Below are positions 28,735 to 38,031 of a stretch of DNA of 64,000 bases, piece by piece (the first letter of the stretch is position 1; every line of letters starts with the position of its first letter). The stretch comes from Verrucomicrobiota bacterium. GTDB taxonomy: Bacteria; Verrucomicrobiota; Verrucomicrobiia; Limisphaerales; Palsa-1400. The DNA lies in assembly GCA_049510745.1 (NCBI GenBank), contig JBEKYR010000001.1, forward strand, positions 64,001 through 128,000, written 5' to 3'. The notes under the pieces were generated by a model. It made no database searches, was not told the origin of the DNA, and saw nothing but the letters and a program-made list of their open reading frames with translations. Position numbers and translations under genes: made by a program.

Positions 28735-30375
28735 TCAGGAAGTCTGGCATCTGGCAAGGACCCGCTCCACTTCCGTGGCAAAACTGAGAGGAATCAGAAG
28801 CCGCCCAAATTGAGCCATGACCAGGTCACCCACGTTGGTTTGGCCGACCTTCATTGTGAACAGGTCCTGGCCCATGATGCCTGCGTCCGAAACGAACGAC
28901 CGCAGCGCGACCGCGGATTCCGGCTTGCCCAACGTCACTTCCCGTTGCAGGCGAACCAGAAGTTCGCGGCGAGGGTCCGGGGCCAAAACGAAGTCTGTGC
29001 CGTCGTCGGTCTTTCCCACCACGTAACGCAGGCCGACGGCGATCAGCAGAACCAGCGGGGCAATTTCCGTCTCGCTCGCGCCGCTTTCCACCATGCGCTT
29101 GAGGGTCGGGTACACCCGGGGCAGATATTTGGCCGTCCAATTCATCGCGATTCGCTCCGTAGCGTCGGGCAGGTGCGGGTTGAGCACGCGGCGGATGGCA
29201 TTGGCGCCAAAAGCTTGCGCCGTCGAGAAACTCGGAGAGCTAATTCCCGTCGTAGCCAATTTGATGATGTGTTCAACCATCGCCCGCAAAAGCGGATCGT
29301 GCATCCCCTTATAGATACTGAAGGGGCCGAACCACCCCTTGATCGCGCCCGCGAGTGCCAGCCAAAGATGGAGGGCGTTGAGGGTGGTGAGCTTGAGCTT
29401 CTCCGCCACCTCAACTTCGTAGAGCGGCACGAAATGCACCCCATCCACTTCATCCATCGGGGGGACCGCTCCCGCAAACTGCTGTTCGATGATCCACCAG
29501 AGTGTCTCCTCGGTAACTGCCGTCGGGCAAACAAAACCGAACTCCTGGACTCGCGCCACAATTTCCGGCGTCGGGGGGATTGAGATACGGTCAATCATGC
29601 TGTCAGGGCAACCGACCTGTTCGGGGTCGGCAATCCAGGCCTCAAAGCCCTTGAGGGCGGCGCCGCGAGCCCGCTCGAAACTACGTGCCATCATGCGGAA
29701 CGCCGCTCTTGCGAACTGCCCGTTACGGCTGAAGTTCGTCCCGGAGATAAAGGTGAACCTGGGGCCACCGGCAGCGTAACGCGCCGCGAGGAACTCCGTG
29801 AAGCGTCCCAGATGGCTCCTGGTGGCGCCATGAGCAACGTCATCTTTGGTGGCCGTCCCCAGCGGACTGGCCAAGTCCCCGTCGCCCAATTTCCACTCAC
29901 AGTCCCACCAACTTTCGGGCACGTTGCCCGTCGCGAAACTCACTTTCGGATCGGCCGCGTGATGCCGGAGCCAGGCCCACGTGGCGCCGGCGCCGCTTTC
30001 GCCCGCAAAGCCAACACCCGCGAAGCTGTCATGAATCCGCAGTTGCGGAGCACCGTCGGAAGGCAGCACCAAGTGGGCGGCCAAGCCATCGGTCTGATTC
30101 AGGTCGGATACCAGGCCGCCGTTGAAGGTCTCCATGCCAATGACACGGGGAGCGCATTCCGGGCCGCGTTTGCGCCGGAGCAGTCCGAGAACGTCGCTGG
30201 TGAAACCAATCCCCATCCCACCCGGTCCGAGAATGACTCCGGCGGCCTGTGGGGCAGTGGCATGACGAAAATAAGGCGGAGCTACAAGGGTGAGGCCCGC
30301 GGCTGTCAGGGTTTCTTTATCCCCCAGAAGCGCCAGCAGGGATTTTCGGGTAAGGGGCTCAAGTGTTTTCTTCAT
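28735..30375 (-). CDS. Divergent polyol-specific long-chain dehydrogenase (mannitol DH / UxuB / UxaB family)
   Basis: GPGGMG, CPDSMIDRI, WIIEQQF, KLTTLNALH. Probable start ATG 30375. Confidence 0.75.
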   Translation of the reverse strand: MKKTLEPLTRKSLLALLGDKETLTAAGLTLVAPPYFRHATAPQAAGVILGPGGMGIGFTSDVLGLLRRKRGPECAPRVIGMETFNGGLVSDLNQTDGLAAHLVLPSDGAPQLRIHDSFAGVGFAGESGAGATWAWLRHHAADPKVSFATGNVPESWWDCEWKLGDGDLASPLGTATKDDVAHGATRSHLGRFTEFLAARYAAGGPRFTFISGTNFSRNGQFARAAFRMMARSFERARGAALKGFEAWIADPEQVGCPDSMIDRISIPPTPEIVARVQEFGFVCPTAVTEETLWWIIEQQFAGAVPPMDEVDGVHFVPLYEVEVAEKLKLTTLNALHLWLALAGAIKGWFGPFSIYKGMHDPLLRAMVEHIIKLATTGISSPSFSTAQAFGANAIRRVLNPHLPDATERIAMNWTAKYLPRVYPTLKRMVESGASETEIAPLVLLIAVGLRYVVGKTDDGTDFVLAPDPRRELLVRLQREVTLGKPESAVALRSFVSDAGIMGQDLFTMKVGQTNVGDLVMAQFGRLLIPLSFATEVERVLARCQTS

Positions 30376-30636
30376 TTGCACTAGCTGGTTTCTTTGCCGC
30401 TTTCCCGGGCTTGATGGGATGCGTTCGATTGTCTCATTTTGCGCAGATTGTGGCCATTTTACATCGGAAAACAAGCTGAAACCTGTTCGATTGGCCCGTA
30501 GGGCGGGCGGAAAGGATACGCATCAGTTCAAACTGCTGGCGCTGGACACAATTCGAGGTGGTTTGTGAATTTCAATGCCGGTGATCTGAGCGGGAGGTTT
30601 CCGTCATTTCCCGCCTGCTTTGGGAGAAATCTGATG

Positions 30637-31191
30637 TCACGACCCGCCCATCAATCCAATCTTTCTCAAAAGGATTTCCAAGTCAGCGTCCACATTCGCC
30701 ACTCGCAAGAGATCATCAAGCGAGAATTGCCGCCCCAGCGCGTGGGCGTTTACCGGCTTCTGATAACTTGGCCACCGGCTTTTTAGTCTTGTTTCCGCTG
30801 AGGCGGCGTCGGGAATTTCACGCTTCATGCCAGGCATCATTCTCAACAATAAGCCTTCGTGGTTTGGAGTTTGCACGCAAACGGTGATTTTGTTTTTGGC
30901 GGCCTCACGCCTCAACCGTTCAATTGACCAGTCGCCTTGCTCCGCGCGGTCTCTGTCCACGATAAGAAAGCGGTCCCGGTAAGCGCCTGCGATTCTGCAA
31001 CGCCGCTTATGCAGACGCACAGTCTTTTGAAGCATTGATTTGAACCCGCCGCCGCCGAGCAGGACGCCATCCAGATGAACGTGCAATTCCTTTTGTGAGA
31101 GCGCCTGCAGCCACGCGAGGAAGGACTGTTCACTCTCGCCCTCAACCGCGACAAAGAATCGCGCGCGAATTTTGACGATTGGCGCTGACAT
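30637..31191 (-). CDS. rloB: RloB-family (TOPRIM-like) protein
   Basis: VAVEGESEQSF, IVDRD, TPNHEGLLL; directly downstream of the AAA_21 ATPase. Confidence 0.75.
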   Translation of the reverse strand: MSAPIVKIRARFFVAVEGESEQSFLAWLQALSQKELHVHLDGVLLGGGGFKSMLQKTVRLHKRRCRIAGAYRDRFLIVDRDRAEQGDWSIERLRREAAKNKITVCVQTPNHEGLLLRMMPGMKREIPDAASAETRLKSRWPSYQKPVNAHALGRQFSLDDLLRVANVDADLEILLRKIGLMGGS

Positions 31192-31194
31192 GGG

Positions 31195-32388
31195 TCAGCC
31201 GATATGCGGCACAGCCCCCAGTTCGCCGGAGAGATATTTTTTCATCAGGCTCGGCTCGCGGCGCAGCCCTTTGATTTCGCGCGCGCCGTAAATGCGCGTC
31301 GGTTTGCCGCCCGGCTTTTCGGTGAAGAATACCTGTTCTTTTTCCAGTTCATCAAGAATTGCAGGATTGTGAGCCGTGAACAGAAGTTGCGCGCCGTTCG
31401 GGTTGCGCCGGCTGTCGTAAAACCAGCGGAACAGTTCAGGAATCAGCAGAGGGTGAATGTCGGTGTCCAATTCATCAATCACTGCCACCCCGCCAATATC
31501 CAGGACAAATTGCAGCAGTGGAAAAATCTCGATAAACTGCCGCGTTCCCTTTGATTCCTGCGCCAGCACAATGTCGCAGTCGAGTCCAACATGCTTGAAC
31601 GTCGCTATAGGGCCGGTGTTGCCAGGGTGAATCTTCATTTCTTGAAGTCCCAAATCAAGGCGGCTGAGTTCGCGGTTCAAACGCTGGAGATAGTCGGGGC
31701 GTTGCGCGTAGAAAGACAGGGCGCTATTGAGTCCTCCATTTGCTTTGTCCAGCCCGACGATATTGGTTTGCAGGCCCCGAAGCGATAAAATGAAATCGCT
31801 GGAGAGTTTGTGGTTAAGTTGCGCCAGCGTGCTGATAACGCTCGCATTCGGGCGGATGCTCTGAATGCGCGAATCACCATTGGTGATGCCGAACTCACGG
31901 CCAAAAGTGAATTTCTGCTGATGGCGTTCAAAAATCCTGCGGGGTTTCCCATGCGGTGCGTAAGACAGCGATTCGTAACTTACCTCGCTGCCAAATTTGT
32001 TTGGCTCATGGCCGATATGCACCTCGTAGCGAAAGACCGCGGCAGGCGCGTTTTCCGCAAGCTGGCTGTCATATTCAATACTGATCTTTGAGGGGCGATT
32101 CCACCAATTGTTGCGCGCATACGGATTGAAAAGCGGAATGGCACTGCTGGGCTGCAGGGTAAAGCTGTGCTGCACAAACGAAGCCGCGCTTGTAATGGCG
32201 CGCAGAACAGTGGATTTGCCGGATGCGTTTGGCCCATAAACCCCGATGATCAACGGCAGCCGCTGGCCGCAAGCAGCCCGCGAATCCCGGAAGCAGGCCA
32301 AGTCTGGGGCATTTGCAGGCACCTGGAAATCCATCTCCTGCCTGTCGGCCACGGAGAAGAAGTTTTCTATGACAATGCTGTGTATCAT
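31195..32388 (-). CDS. rloA: RloA/AbiLi-like AAA_21 ABC-type ATPase
   Basis: IENFFS, GPNASGKST, ESKGT, IDELD..IHP, QLLFTAHN, YLSGELGAVP. Start moved to ATG 32388. Confidence 0.88.
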   Translation of the reverse strand: MIHSIVIENFFSVADRQEMDFQVPANAPDLACFRDSRAACGQRLPLIIGVYGPNASGKSTVLRAITSAASFVQHSFTLQPSSAIPLFNPYARNNWWNRPSKISIEYDSQLAENAPAAVFRYEVHIGHEPNKFGSEVSYESLSYAPHGKPRRIFERHQQKFTFGREFGITNGDSRIQSIRPNASVISTLAQLNHKLSSDFILSLRGLQTNIVGLDKANGGLNSALSFYAQRPDYLQRLNRELSRLDLGLQEMKIHPGNTGPIATFKHVGLDCDIVLAQESKGTRQFIEIFPLLQFVLDIGGVAVIDELDTDIHPLLIPELFRWFYDSRRNPNGAQLLFTAHNPAILDELEKEQVFFTEKPGGKPTRIYGAREIKGLRREPSLMKKYLSGELGAVPHIG

Positions 32389-32576
32389 GGCTGTAATGTT
32401 TGCATATTTTGTGTCGAAAGTCAACGTTGAAACAGATAAAACAGAGACATAAATGCCATTTTGACATAAAAATGTTGTTTAATGCGTTATTCTGATCCGC
32501 TGTTGTGCGAACTTACCAAGTTTCCATCAACCCTGCGCCGAAAACCCAACTGGAGCCAGCAAAAGACTGCGGCGGA

Positions 32577-34721
32577 TCACGGCGCCGGAATTTTTTTCCG
32601 TGGTCTCGGCGGCTGGTGGCTGAGCTGGAAATCGACTTGCTTTTTGAAGGTGTCCACTTTGCCGACTTGTACGGTGACTTTGTCGCCGAGCCGGATGACG
32701 CGCCGGGTGCGGCGGCCCACCAATTGGTTGCGCGCGGCGTCGAAGATGAAAAAATCGTCCTCGACGGAGGAGAGATGCACTAACCCGCTCATCCCAAGGG
32801 CGGGCACATCGACGAAGAATCCGAAATTGCGCACGTCGATGACCAGCGCGGGGTAGGCATGAGGCTGGCCGGATTTCAGTTGGCCGCGCAGATAGGCGAA
32901 GAGCTTGACGTCTTTGCTGTCGCGCTCGGCGTCGGCGGAGTTGCGCTCGGTTTCGGAGAGGCGCCGGGCCACGGGGGCGAGGCCGTGCGCGCTGCTTTTG
33001 ACGCTGTCAAATAATGCGCGGTGGACGACCAGGTCGGCGTAGCGGCGGATGGGCGAGGTAAAGTGGGTGTACTTGGCCTTGTTCAGCCCGTAATGGCCGA
33101 GCGGTTCGACGGCGTATCGGGCGCGCATGAGGGATTTGAGAAAACCGATCTTCAGCGCCGGGCCGATGGGCAGGGTGTCCAGGCGCAACAGGAGTTTTTG
33201 CACCTCGGGCCGGTGCGTCAGGCCGCCGCACGGGATATTATGACTGACAACGTCGTCGCGGTATTCCGCCAGGCGCGTTTCGTCGGGCGGCTCGTGAACG
33301 CGATAGATGGCCGGGCGGCGCAGCGACATCAGCCGCGTGGCGACCGCTTCATTGGCCAGGAGCATGAATTCCTCGATCAACTGGTGCGAGACGTCGTTCT
33401 CGATTTTTTCGATCCGCAGGACGCGCCCGCGGGCGTCGAGGCGGATTTTCGTTTCGGGAAAATCCAGGGCGAGCGAGCCGGTCTGGAAACGGGCGCGGCG
33501 AAGGCGCTGGGCCAGGGCGTGGGCCTGATGGAGCATTTGTTCGACGGGATCGCCGGCCGGCGGCCGTTGCAGGATGGCGAGGGTTTCCTTGTAAGTCAGG
33601 CGCCGCCGGGAGCGGATGACGGCGGGATAAAATTTCGCCTCCAGGACGCGCCCCTCGCTGGAGAGGAGAAACTCGACGCATTTGGTCAGGCGGTCCACGG
33701 CGGGATTGAGCGAGCAGAGTTCGTTGCTCAACGCTTCGGGCAACATCGGGATGACGCGGTCCACCAGGTAGGTCGAATTGCCGCGCCGGAGCGCTTCTTC
33801 ATCCAGGGCGCCGCCGGGGCGGACGTAGTGCGAGACATCGGCGATGTGGACCCATAATTTCCATTGATGGCGCGCGTCGCGCGCGAGGCAAATCGCGTCG
33901 TCAAAATCCTTGGCGTCGTCCGGATCGACGGTGACGACGCAATGGCTGCGGCAATCGACCCGCCCGCGCCATTCGTCCGGCGACGGCTCGCCGCGCGGAT
34001 GCGTTTTGGCGATGGCGGCGGCTTCGGAGAGCACCTTTTTGGAAAAATGCGCCGGCAGGTTGTAGTGGCGCAGGACCGAAAGCATATCGACGCCTTCGTT
34101 GCCGCCCGGCCCGAGGACTTCGATGATTTCCCCTTCGGGATTGGTATGCCGGGATTCCCAGGCCTTCAATTCCACGACCACTTTGTCGCCGACACTGGCG
34201 GGCCGGCCCGTATCGCGGGCGGGCGGGACATAGATGTCGTGCGGAATGCGCGGATCGTCGGGAATGACAAATAGAAATTGCCGGCTGCGCTGCAAGGTGC
34301 CGACGATTTGGGCGCGCTTGCGGTCCAGGATGCGGACGACCGCGCCGGTGGCTTGCTCCCGGCCGGACGGGCGGCGGCCGGCGGCGGCGTCGCGCCGCAC
34401 CAGGACGTGATCGCCATTGAAGGCCGTGCCGGTGGCGCTTTCGGGGACGACGATTTCCGGCACGGTGGAATCGTCCGGTTCGAGAAAGCCCTTGCCCTGG
34501 CGGTTGACGCGCAGGACGCCGGGGATGAGGTCGGCCTGGCGGGATTGGATGTAGCGATGGCCCTTGGTGCGGATGATCTGGCCGTTTTGCTCCAGGCGGC
34601 GGAGGGCGTGTTGGAGAGCGGGTTGATCGCCTGGGGAAAGGCCCAGGCGGGAGAGCAACTGATGGAAGTCGGAGGGAGAGTAATCGCGCCGGCCCAGCAG
34701 ACGTAAAATGGCGTCTTCCAT
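32577..34721 (-). CDS. rnr: Ribonuclease R
   Basis: DPDDAKDFDDA, HIADVSHYV, LIEEFMLLAN, HFTSPIRRYADL, C-terminal S1 domain. Confidence 0.95.
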   Translation of the reverse strand: MEDAILRLLGRRDYSPSDFHQLLSRLGLSPGDQPALQHALRRLEQNGQIIRTKGHRYIQSRQADLIPGVLRVNRQGKGFLEPDDSTVPEIVVPESATGTAFNGDHVLVRRDAAAGRRPSGREQATGAVVRILDRKRAQIVGTLQRSRQFLFVIPDDPRIPHDIYVPPARDTGRPASVGDKVVVELKAWESRHTNPEGEIIEVLGPGGNEGVDMLSVLRHYNLPAHFSKKVLSEAAAIAKTHPRGEPSPDEWRGRVDCRSHCVVTVDPDDAKDFDDAICLARDARHQWKLWVHIADVSHYVRPGGALDEEALRRGNSTYLVDRVIPMLPEALSNELCSLNPAVDRLTKCVEFLLSSEGRVLEAKFYPAVIRSRRRLTYKETLAILQRPPAGDPVEQMLHQAHALAQRLRRARFQTGSLALDFPETKIRLDARGRVLRIEKIENDVSHQLIEEFMLLANEAVATRLMSLRRPAIYRVHEPPDETRLAEYRDDVVSHNIPCGGLTHRPEVQKLLLRLDTLPIGPALKIGFLKSLMRARYAVEPLGHYGLNKAKYTHFTSPIRRYADLVVHRALFDSVKSSAHGLAPVARRLSETERNSADAERDSKDVKLFAYLRGQLKSGQPHAYPALVIDVRNFGFFVDVPALGMSGLVHLSSVEDDFFIFDAARNQLVGRRTRRVIRLGDKVTVQVGKVDTFKKQVDFQLSHQPPRPRKKIPAP

Positions 34722-34722
34722 G

Positions 34723-35679
34723 TCAACCGCCCAGGGCGGCCAGTTGCTCGCGGCCTTCCATCAGGAATTCGAGATAGGAGCAGAGGCGGGCCTTCATTTC
34801 CAGGCGCGGCACAATGGCGTCAATCAAACCGTGCTCAAGCAAGAACTCGGCCGTTTGAAAGCCCGGCGGCAATTCCGATTGGGTGGTGCTCTCGATCACG
34901 CGCGGCCCGGCAAAACCGATCATCGCGCCCGGCTCGGCCAGGATCAAATCGCCCACCGCGGCGAAGCTGGCCATGACGCCGGCCATGGTTGGGTTGGTCA
35001 GCACGCTGATGTAGGGCAGCTTGTTGCGGGCGTGATAGGCCAGCGCGCCGCAGGTCTTGGCCATTTGCATCAAGCTGAACATCCCTTCATACATGCGGGC
35101 GCCGCCGCTGGTGGAAATGATGATGACGGGCAGGCCCTTGTCGGTGGCCGCCTCGATCAAACGGGTCAGCTTCTCGCCCACGACCGCGCCCATCGAGCCG
35201 CCCAGGAATCCAAAATCCATCACCCCCAGGGCGACGCGGCATTTGCCCACGCGCCCGATGCCGGTGCAGACGGCGTCCTTGAGGTTGGTTTCCTTTTTGT
35301 ATTGTTCGAGTTTGGCGGTGTAGGCGGCCACGCCGGTGAATTTGAGCACATCAACACTTTCCATGGAGGCGTCGGCCTCCTCGAAGGAACAAGTCTCGAC
35401 CAGGGCGTGGATGCGTTCGCGGGCGCTGATGGGGAAATGATACTGGCATTTGGGGCAGACCTTGAGGTTGGCGTCCAGCTCCTTGTCATAGATCATGGCG
35501 GCGCACTTTTTGCACTTGGTCCAGAGGCCCTCCGGGATTTCGCGCTTGCGTGAGGGAGGGCCGGCCAGCTTGGGTTTCTTCACGAAACTGGTGGTCTGGG
35601 CGTCCGAGGGCGGCGGCGTGACGGCGGGTTCACCGGTTTCCAGGTTGAGGGTCTTTTTCGTAAATGAAGTTGTGGCCAT
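34723..35679 (-). CDS. accD: Acetyl-CoA carboxylase carboxyltransferase beta subunit
   Basis: WTKCxxC...CPKC zinc finger, GGSMG, SGGARM, GFAGPRVI, FQTAEFLLEHG. Confidence 0.96.
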   Translation of the reverse strand: MATTSFTKKTLNLETGEPAVTPPPSDAQTTSFVKKPKLAGPPSRKREIPEGLWTKCKKCAAMIYDKELDANLKVCPKCQYHFPISARERIHALVETCSFEEADASMESVDVLKFTGVAAYTAKLEQYKKETNLKDAVCTGIGRVGKCRVALGVMDFGFLGGSMGAVVGEKLTRLIEAATDKGLPVIIISTSGGARMYEGMFSLMQMAKTCGALAYHARNKLPYISVLTNPTMAGVMASFAAVGDLILAEPGAMIGFAGPRVIESTTQSELPPGFQTAEFLLEHGLIDAIVPRLEMKARLCSYLEFLMEGREQLAALGG

Positions 35680-35749
35680 ATTAAAACCTCGTCATCCGAT
35701 TGTTAATTGCCAGCACTTTATCCATTAAACCCGATCCGCTTGCGCGGCG

Positions 35750-36487
35750 TCAAGTTCCGCGCGCCACCGTCCAGACACAGACATCGCCCGCGCCGGCTTG
35801 GCGGGCCGCCTGGGCGCAAGCGTGCGTTGTGGCGCCCGTCGTGAGCACATCATCCACCAAAATAACTTTTTGGCCATCCAATTCTTTTCCGGCCCGCGGG
35901 GCGAAGGCCGCCTGCATGTTGGCGGCCCGTTCCGGGCGGGTCAACCTGGTCTGGGTCTGGGTGAATTTGACCCGGCGGAGCAGGCGATTGTTCACCGGAA
36001 GGCCCAACGCGCGGCCCAGGTGGCGGGCCAGGCAGTTGGCCTGGTTGAATTCCCGTTCGCGCTCTTTGAGCGGATGCAGCGGCACCGGAACAATCAGGTC
36101 CCATTTTTCGCCGGCCAGGGCGGGGGCCGCCTGTCGCACCAGCAGATCGGCCAGGAACGGCTCGAACCAAACCGCCCGCTTGTATTTGTAACGATGGATG
36201 ATGTCCAGAATCAGCGCGTTGGCCGCCACCGCCGAGCGGGCATAGCGAAAACCGAATTCGACCTCCGCGCAATTCGCGCAGCGGAACGGTTGGGTGATGT
36301 GGCCTTCGTAGGGCAGTCCGCACCGCTCGCAAAACGGGGCGGTGATGAAGCGAACGCCCGACCAGCATTCGCCGCCGACATACCCCTCGGCCGCTCCGGC
36401 GCGTTCCTGGCCGCAAATCTGGCACACCGGCGGATAAATGAAATTCAACGCGGCGTCGAGGGCGGTTTTGAAATTCGAGAGGTTCAC
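35750..36487 (-). CDS. comF: ComF-family protein (double zinc ribbon + PRTase)
   Basis: CxxC motifs, PVPLH, REFNQA, LVDDVLTTGAT. Confidence 0.92.
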   Translation of the reverse strand: MNLSNFKTALDAALNFIYPPVCQICGQERAGAAEGYVGGECWSGVRFITAPFCERCGLPYEGHITQPFRCANCAEVEFGFRYARSAVAANALILDIIHRYKYKRAVWFEPFLADLLVRQAAPALAGEKWDLIVPVPLHPLKEREREFNQANCLARHLGRALGLPVNNRLLRRVKFTQTQTRLTRPERAANMQAAFAPRAGKELDGQKVILVDDVLTTGATTHACAQAARQAGAGDVCVWTVARGT

Positions 36488-36505
36488 CCGAATCCTTGGC
36501 GACCT

Positions 36506-36736
36506 TTATCCCTTGCGCAATTCGGCGCGCGCCTCACGGATGATGTCAGGCAGACGATCCAGTTTTCCCGAACGGCGGTCGGCCTCGGCGTCGGCTGACA
36601 ACTCGCGCCAGAGCCGTTCCTTCTCCAGACGCGGTAAAAGGCGGTGCAGCAGCAGCAAGCTCTCGTCATCCATAGCCTCGATGCGCTGGATGAGTTCAGG
36701 CCGCAATTTCCGGGCTTCTAAGACGGTCGCTTCCAT
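36506..36736 (-). CDS. Small hypothetical protein, antitoxin-like
   Basis: 76 aa; W..L..DAEAD..SGKLDRL...REA resembles antitoxin-type small proteins. Confidence 0.5.
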   Translation of the reverse strand: MEATVLEARKLRPELIQRIEAMDDESLLLLHRLLPRLEKERLWRELSADAEADRRSGKLDRLPDIIREARAELRKG

Positions 36737-36798
36737 GACACCATCATGCGCCAGCCTGCCTGCCAAAGCGAGTCATTTCTGGTGAATTTGATTTTGGC

Positions 36799-36827
36799 TT
36801 GCCATGCCAAGCTGCTTGGCATATCTT
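36799..36827 (+). promoter_or_regulatory. sigma70 promoter with a perfect palindromic operator in the spacer
   Basis: TTGCCA-17-TATCTT, ATG 6 nt later; ATGCCAAGC-T-GCTTGGCAT at 36804-36822. Confidence 0.7.
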
Positions 36828-36833
36828 CTCTTG

Positions 36834-37196
36834 ATGCGAAACGCGATCTCTGCTCACTACGCCAAAATCGGCCGCCGGGGCGGTCTGGCCTCCACGCCAG
36901 CCAAGCGCGCGGCGGCGCGGCGCAACGCCCTCAAACGCTGGCGGCGCAAGCCGGATGCCGGAATTCTGCCATTGAACAGGTTGCGCGATGGAATGTGGTA
37001 TCTTGGCCGCGGGCGCAACGGGGCCGCCGGGTTGTGGGATGCGCGCGCCCGATGCTTTTGGACCATTGCCCTGAATGACTTCGCGGACCCGGCCACTTTC
37101 CCGGCTGAACCACGACGCCAGGTTCGTCTGAAACGAGAGGACTACTTTTCCCGCCAGAGCGGGACTTTCAGACCAACCGCCCGTTTGGGAGCCTGA
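36834..37196 (+). CDS. Small basic protein with GRRGG..S.AK.AA.R.N motif and unknown C-terminal domain
   Basis: MRNAISAHYAKIGRRGGLASTPAKRAAARRNALKRW...; has its own promoter and operator. Confidence 0.7.
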   Translation: MRNAISAHYAKIGRRGGLASTPAKRAAARRNALKRWRRKPDAGILPLNRLRDGMWYLGRGRNGAAGLWDARARCFWTIALNDFADPATFPAEPRRQVRLKREDYFSRQSGTFRPTARLGA

Positions 37197-37332
37197 AGCG
37201 TGTTCACAACCTGTTCCCAAATTCAGGAAGCCCTATCCCGCCTCGGACGCCGTCTGGCTTTAAACTTGGAACATTAAACTCGCGCAAGCGCGCTTGCAGT
37301 GGGGCGGCGATTGGTTCTAAATGTGCGGCCGG

Positions 37333-38013
37333 ATGAACAACCAGACAGTCACATTTACCAAAGAGGACCCGTGGCGCGTGTTTCGCATCATGGCGGAATT
37401 CGTCGATTCCTTCGAAGTTCTGTCGCAGGTCGGGCCGTCGGTGACGATTTTTGGCTCGGCCCGGACGCGGCCCGGCGATCCGTATTACCAGGCGGCGGCG
37501 GCCCTGGCCAGGGAGTTGGCCAAGAATAAACTGCCGGTCATCACCGGCGGGGGGCCGGGCATCATGGAGGCGGCCAATCGCGGCGCGGCCGAGGGCGGCG
37601 GCAAATCCATCGGCCTGAATATCGAGCTGCCGTTCGAGCAGAAAGGAAACCGCTTCGTCAATGTCCCGATGCAGTTTCACTACTTTTTTTCGCGCAAGGT
37701 CTGTTTCGTCAAGTACAGCATTGCCTTTGTCTATATGCCGGGCGGATTCGGCACGCTGGATGAGTTCTTCGAGGTGCTCACCCTGGTGCAGACCCAGCGC
37801 ATCCCGCGTTTTCCGCTCATCCTCTTCGGGCGCGATCACTGGCGCGGCTTGCTCCGCTGGATGAAAAGCACGCTGGTGAGGGAAAAGATGATCAGCCCGG
37901 GTGATCTGGATTTGTTTTTCCTGACGGATGACGTCGAGGCCGCGGTGCATCGGATTCTCGATTACATGAGACAGGTCGGGCCGCCGGAAGTGACGCCGCG
38001 CGCCCTGGCCTGA
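37333..38013 (+). CDS. LOG-family (TIGR00730) nucleotide phosphoribohydrolase
   Basis: FGSAR, TGGGPGIMEAAN, LPFEQ, PGGFGTLDE. Confidence 0.93.
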   Translation: MNNQTVTFTKEDPWRVFRIMAEFVDSFEVLSQVGPSVTIFGSARTRPGDPYYQAAAALARELAKNKLPVITGGGPGIMEAANRGAAEGGGKSIGLNIELPFEQKGNRFVNVPMQFHYFFSRKVCFVKYSIAFVYMPGGFGTLDEFFEVLTLVQTQRIPRFPLILFGRDHWRGLLRWMKSTLVREKMISPGDLDLFFLTDDVEAAVHRILDYMRQVGPPEVTPRALA

Positions 38014-38031
38014 ATTTCACCCGGCGGCCCC

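Noticed and set aside
26092..32480. tRNA-Val as attachment site of an integrated island
   Set aside because: No integrase and no duplicated tRNA 3' end found by eye.
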